Below, one piece after another: positions 61,943-64,000 of a stretch of 64,000 bases of DNA. Under the pieces are notes generated by a model. The model saw only the letters and a program-made list of their open reading frames with translations, was not told where the DNA came from and made no database searches. Position 1 is the first letter of the stretch, and the number at the start of each line of letters is the position of its first letter. Origin of the DNA: Thermoanaerobaculia bacterium (GTDB lineage Bacteria; Acidobacteriota; Thermoanaerobaculia; Multivoradales; Multivoraceae); contig OY762911.1 in NCBI GenBank assembly GCA_963666565.1, positions 4,384,011 through 4,448,010 of the forward strand, written 5' to 3'. Made by a program: the position numbers and the translations under genes.

Positions 61943-63229
61943 ATGAGGGGGGCGCGGCGGGCGATGGGGGCGATCGAGCGCGCCCTGATCCGGCCGTGCC
62001 GGGAGGCCGAGGGCGACGCGGGGTTCTGGCTCTTCGTGAGCCACCTCGTCACCACGTTCGGCATCGCGCTGTCGAACTTCCTCCTCTTCTTCACGCTCAT
62101 CCGGGCCGCCGTCCGGCGACGGCGGCTCCACTTCGCCGCCGGCGACGAGGACCGACGGCGGCGGCGGCAGCTTCTGCTCCCGCTGGCCGTCTACGCAGGC
62201 TGCTTCGTGCTCTCGGCGGTCTTTTCCTACGATCCGGCGACCAGTCTCCAGGAGCTCTCCACGCTCTACGCCGTGCTGACCCTGCCGCTGGCGCTCCTGC
62301 TCGTGCGCGGCGAACGCCAGGTGCGGGTCGCGATCGTCGCCCTCGTCGGGATCTCGGCGGTGCTCGCCGTCTACGGCCTGGCCCAGTTCGCCTTCACCGA
62401 CTACGGCCCGCTCCACCAGCGGATCCCCGGGCCGTTCTCGCACTACATGACGTTCTCCGGCGTCCTCCTGCTCGGTCTCGCCCTGATCGCCGGCCGCCTG
62501 AGCCGGACCGGCGGCTGGCGCTCGCGGGTCGACTGGGTCGGTCTGGCCCTCGTGGGCGGCGCGCTCGTCCTGACCCTGACCCGCAGCGCCTGGCTCGGCG
62601 CCTTCGCCCTCGCGGTCGCGGCGATGGCCCTGCAGCGCCGGCGCGTCTTCCTGGGGTTCGCCGCCGCGCTCGTGCTGGCGGCCGTTTCGTTCGCCGCCGT
62701 GGCGCCGACCCTCTGGCCGACCTACTGGCAGCGGGCGATCTCGACGGTGGACGTCCGCAATCCCTCGAACTACGACCGGCTGTGCATGCTGTGGGCCGGC
62801 GGCCAGATGATCGCCGACCGGCCACTCACCGGCATCGGCCCGGCGATGGTCCGCGAGTGGTATCCGGCCTACCGCCATCCCACGTCCGTCAGGGCGCGGG
62901 TGAAGCACCTGCACAACACCTTCGTCCACATGGCGGCGAGCCGCGGCATCCCGTCCCTCCTCAGCTACCTGTGGCTGATGGGCGCCGCGGCGGCGATGGC
63001 GTACGCGGGCTATCGCCGCGAGGGCGGCCGGGCCGGGCCGCGCGCCGACCTCTATCTCGGCGTCCTCTTCGCCCTGCTGGCGCTCAACGTCGCCGGCCTC
63101 TTCGAAGCGAACTGGCGCGACACGGAGATTCAGCGGTGGGTCCTGTTCCTGCTGGCCCTGCCGGTTATCCTCCGCGCCCCAGACCACCAGCCCGGAGTTT
63201 CGCCATGCACCTCGACCGCCTCAGCCTGA
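61943..63229 (+). CDS. O-antigen ligase (Wzy_C) family membrane protein
   Basis: Polytopic protein. LVLTLTRSAWLGAFALAV and VKHLHNTFVHMAASRGIPSLLSYL match the O-antigen ligase domain. Confidence 0.7.
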   Translation: MRGARRAMGAIERALIRPCREAEGDAGFWLFVSHLVTTFGIALSNFLLFFTLIRAAVRRRRLHFAAGDEDRRRRRQLLLPLAVYAGCFVLSAVFSYDPATSLQELSTLYAVLTLPLALLLVRGERQVRVAIVALVGISAVLAVYGLAQFAFTDYGPLHQRIPGPFSHYMTFSGVLLLGLALIAGRLSRTGGWRSRVDWVGLALVGGALVLTLTRSAWLGAFALAVAAMALQRRRVFLGFAAALVLAAVSFAAVAPTLWPTYWQRAISTVDVRNPSNYDRLCMLWAGGQMIADRPLTGIGPAMVREWYPAYRHPTSVRARVKHLHNTFVHMAASRGIPSLLSYLWLMGAAAAMAYAGYRREGGRAGPRADLYLGVLFALLALNVAGLFEANWRDTEIQRWVLFLLALPVILRAPDHQPGVSPCTSTASA

Positions 63230-64000
63230 TCGAGCTTCTCGACCTTCTGTCAGCCCGCGAACTCTCCTGCGTGGAGCTGATGAACGCGACGCTCGATCGC
63301 ATCGAGGCGACGCACCCGAAGCTCAACGCCGTCGTCAGCCAGCGGCCGCGCGAAGAACTGCTGGCCGACGCCGAAGCGGCCGACGCGCGGCGCGCCGCCG
63401 GCGAGGCCCGGCCGCTCGAGGGCGTGCCCCTCGGCGTCAAGGACCTCGAGGACGTGGCCGGCATGGTGACGTCGATGGGTTCGCGGGTGTTCCGGGACCA
63501 GGTCGCCGAGGCCGACTCGACCCAGGTGGCGCGGCTGCGGGCCGCCGGCGCGATCGTCGCCGGCAAGACGAACACGCCGGAGTTCGGGTTCACCGCGATC
63601 ACCAAGAACCCGCTGTTCGGCGTCACGCGCTCGCCCTGGAACCCGGAGCGCACGCCAGGCGGATCGAGCGGCGGTTCCTCCGCCGTGCTGGCGGGCGGCG
63701 TGCTGCCCCTCGTGACCTCCTCGGACGGCGGCGGCTCGATCCGGATTCCCGCCAGCTTCACCGGCGCCTTCGGCCTGAAGCCGAGCCAGGGCCGGATACC
63801 GCGCGGGCCGATGAACGCCTGGGACTACGGCAGCACCTCGGTCTACGGTCCCCTCACTCGCACCGTGGAGGACGCCGCCCTGTTCCTCGACCTGACGGCC
63901 GGTCCGTCGCCCTGCGATCCGGGTTCGCTGCCCCATCCCGGCCTGAGCTACCGCGACGCGCTGGAATCGGCGCTTCCGTCGTCCGTCCGCATCGCCTGGT
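63205..64000 (+). CDS. amidase-signature family enzyme (3' end outside the window)
   Basis: ATG 63205 in frame 1, open to the window end. The sequence contains PLEGVPLGVKDL, GKTNTPEFG and GGSSGGSSAVLAGG..SDGGGSIRIPASF. It is absent from the ORF track because no stop lies in the window. Confidence 0.85.
   Translation, partial: MHLDRLSLIELLDLLSARELSCVELMNATLDRIEATHPKLNAVVSQRPREELLADAEAADARRAAGEARPLEGVPLGVKDLEDVAGMVTSMGSRVFRDQVAEADSTQVARLRAAGAIVAGKTNTPEFGFTAITKNPLFGVTRSPWNPERTPGGSSGGSSAVLAGGVLPLVTSSDGGGSIRIPASFTGAFGLKPSQGRIPRGPMNAWDYGSTSVYGPLTRTVEDAALFLDLTAGPSPCDPGSLPHPGLSYRDALESALPSSVRIAW

Overview
High-GC bacterial chromosomal segment. Spot counts of single 60-nt lines give about 77% G+C in core genes and 55-58% in two accessory islets; I did not compute GC over the whole window. 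About 60 genes can be supported. The core content is: four paralogs of a secreted protein of unknown function; a penicillin-acylase-family protein; mog and pyrE; a TTQ amine dehydrogenase cluster (mauB-E-D-A plus cytochromes); stand-alone rpsN; a BNR/Asp-box protein; an S9 peptidase; an eight-gene Mrp-type antiporter cluster; a CbbQ/VWA pair; an LLM oxidoreductase; a GWxTD plus Acidobacterial-type VWA protein; an O-antigen-ligase-like protein; and an amidase. The GWxTD/VWA protein hints at an Acidobacteriota-like lineage, which is inference only.

Two lower-GC accessory islets stand out. (i) Bases 1-12.3 kb carry the end of an R-M-type methyltransferase, decayed HicAB, a frameshifted Toprim-like gene, DinJ/YafQ, and a 6.9-kb cassette. 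The cassette holds an RHH regulator and a C5 DNA methyltransferase, convergent with an operon encoding an ECF-sigma-like protein, a ParB/Srx-like protein and an SNF2 helicase. I consider this cassette the best candidate for an uncharacterised methylation-linked defence or epigenetic system. It is bracketed by two nearly identical ~1.07-kb direct repeats. (ii) Bases 48.7-52.3 kb carry a DUF262/GmrSD-like gene that seems to have lost its nuclease core, plus MntA/HepT.

The core, but neither islet, is peppered with a double-hairpin REP family (22 copies at 9 loci). Its tandem arrays all have unit lengths divisible by three. Several arrays lie in frame inside coding regions, or between an SD/start codon and a signal-peptide core, which resembles the behaviour of Rickettsia palindromic elements. 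A separate ~154-bp MITE-like element with 23-bp terminal inverted repeats occurs twice.

Many long ORFs in the six-frame track are antisense or out-of-frame artefacts of the high GC content. All functional calls rest on motif recognition by eye; no database search was possible.
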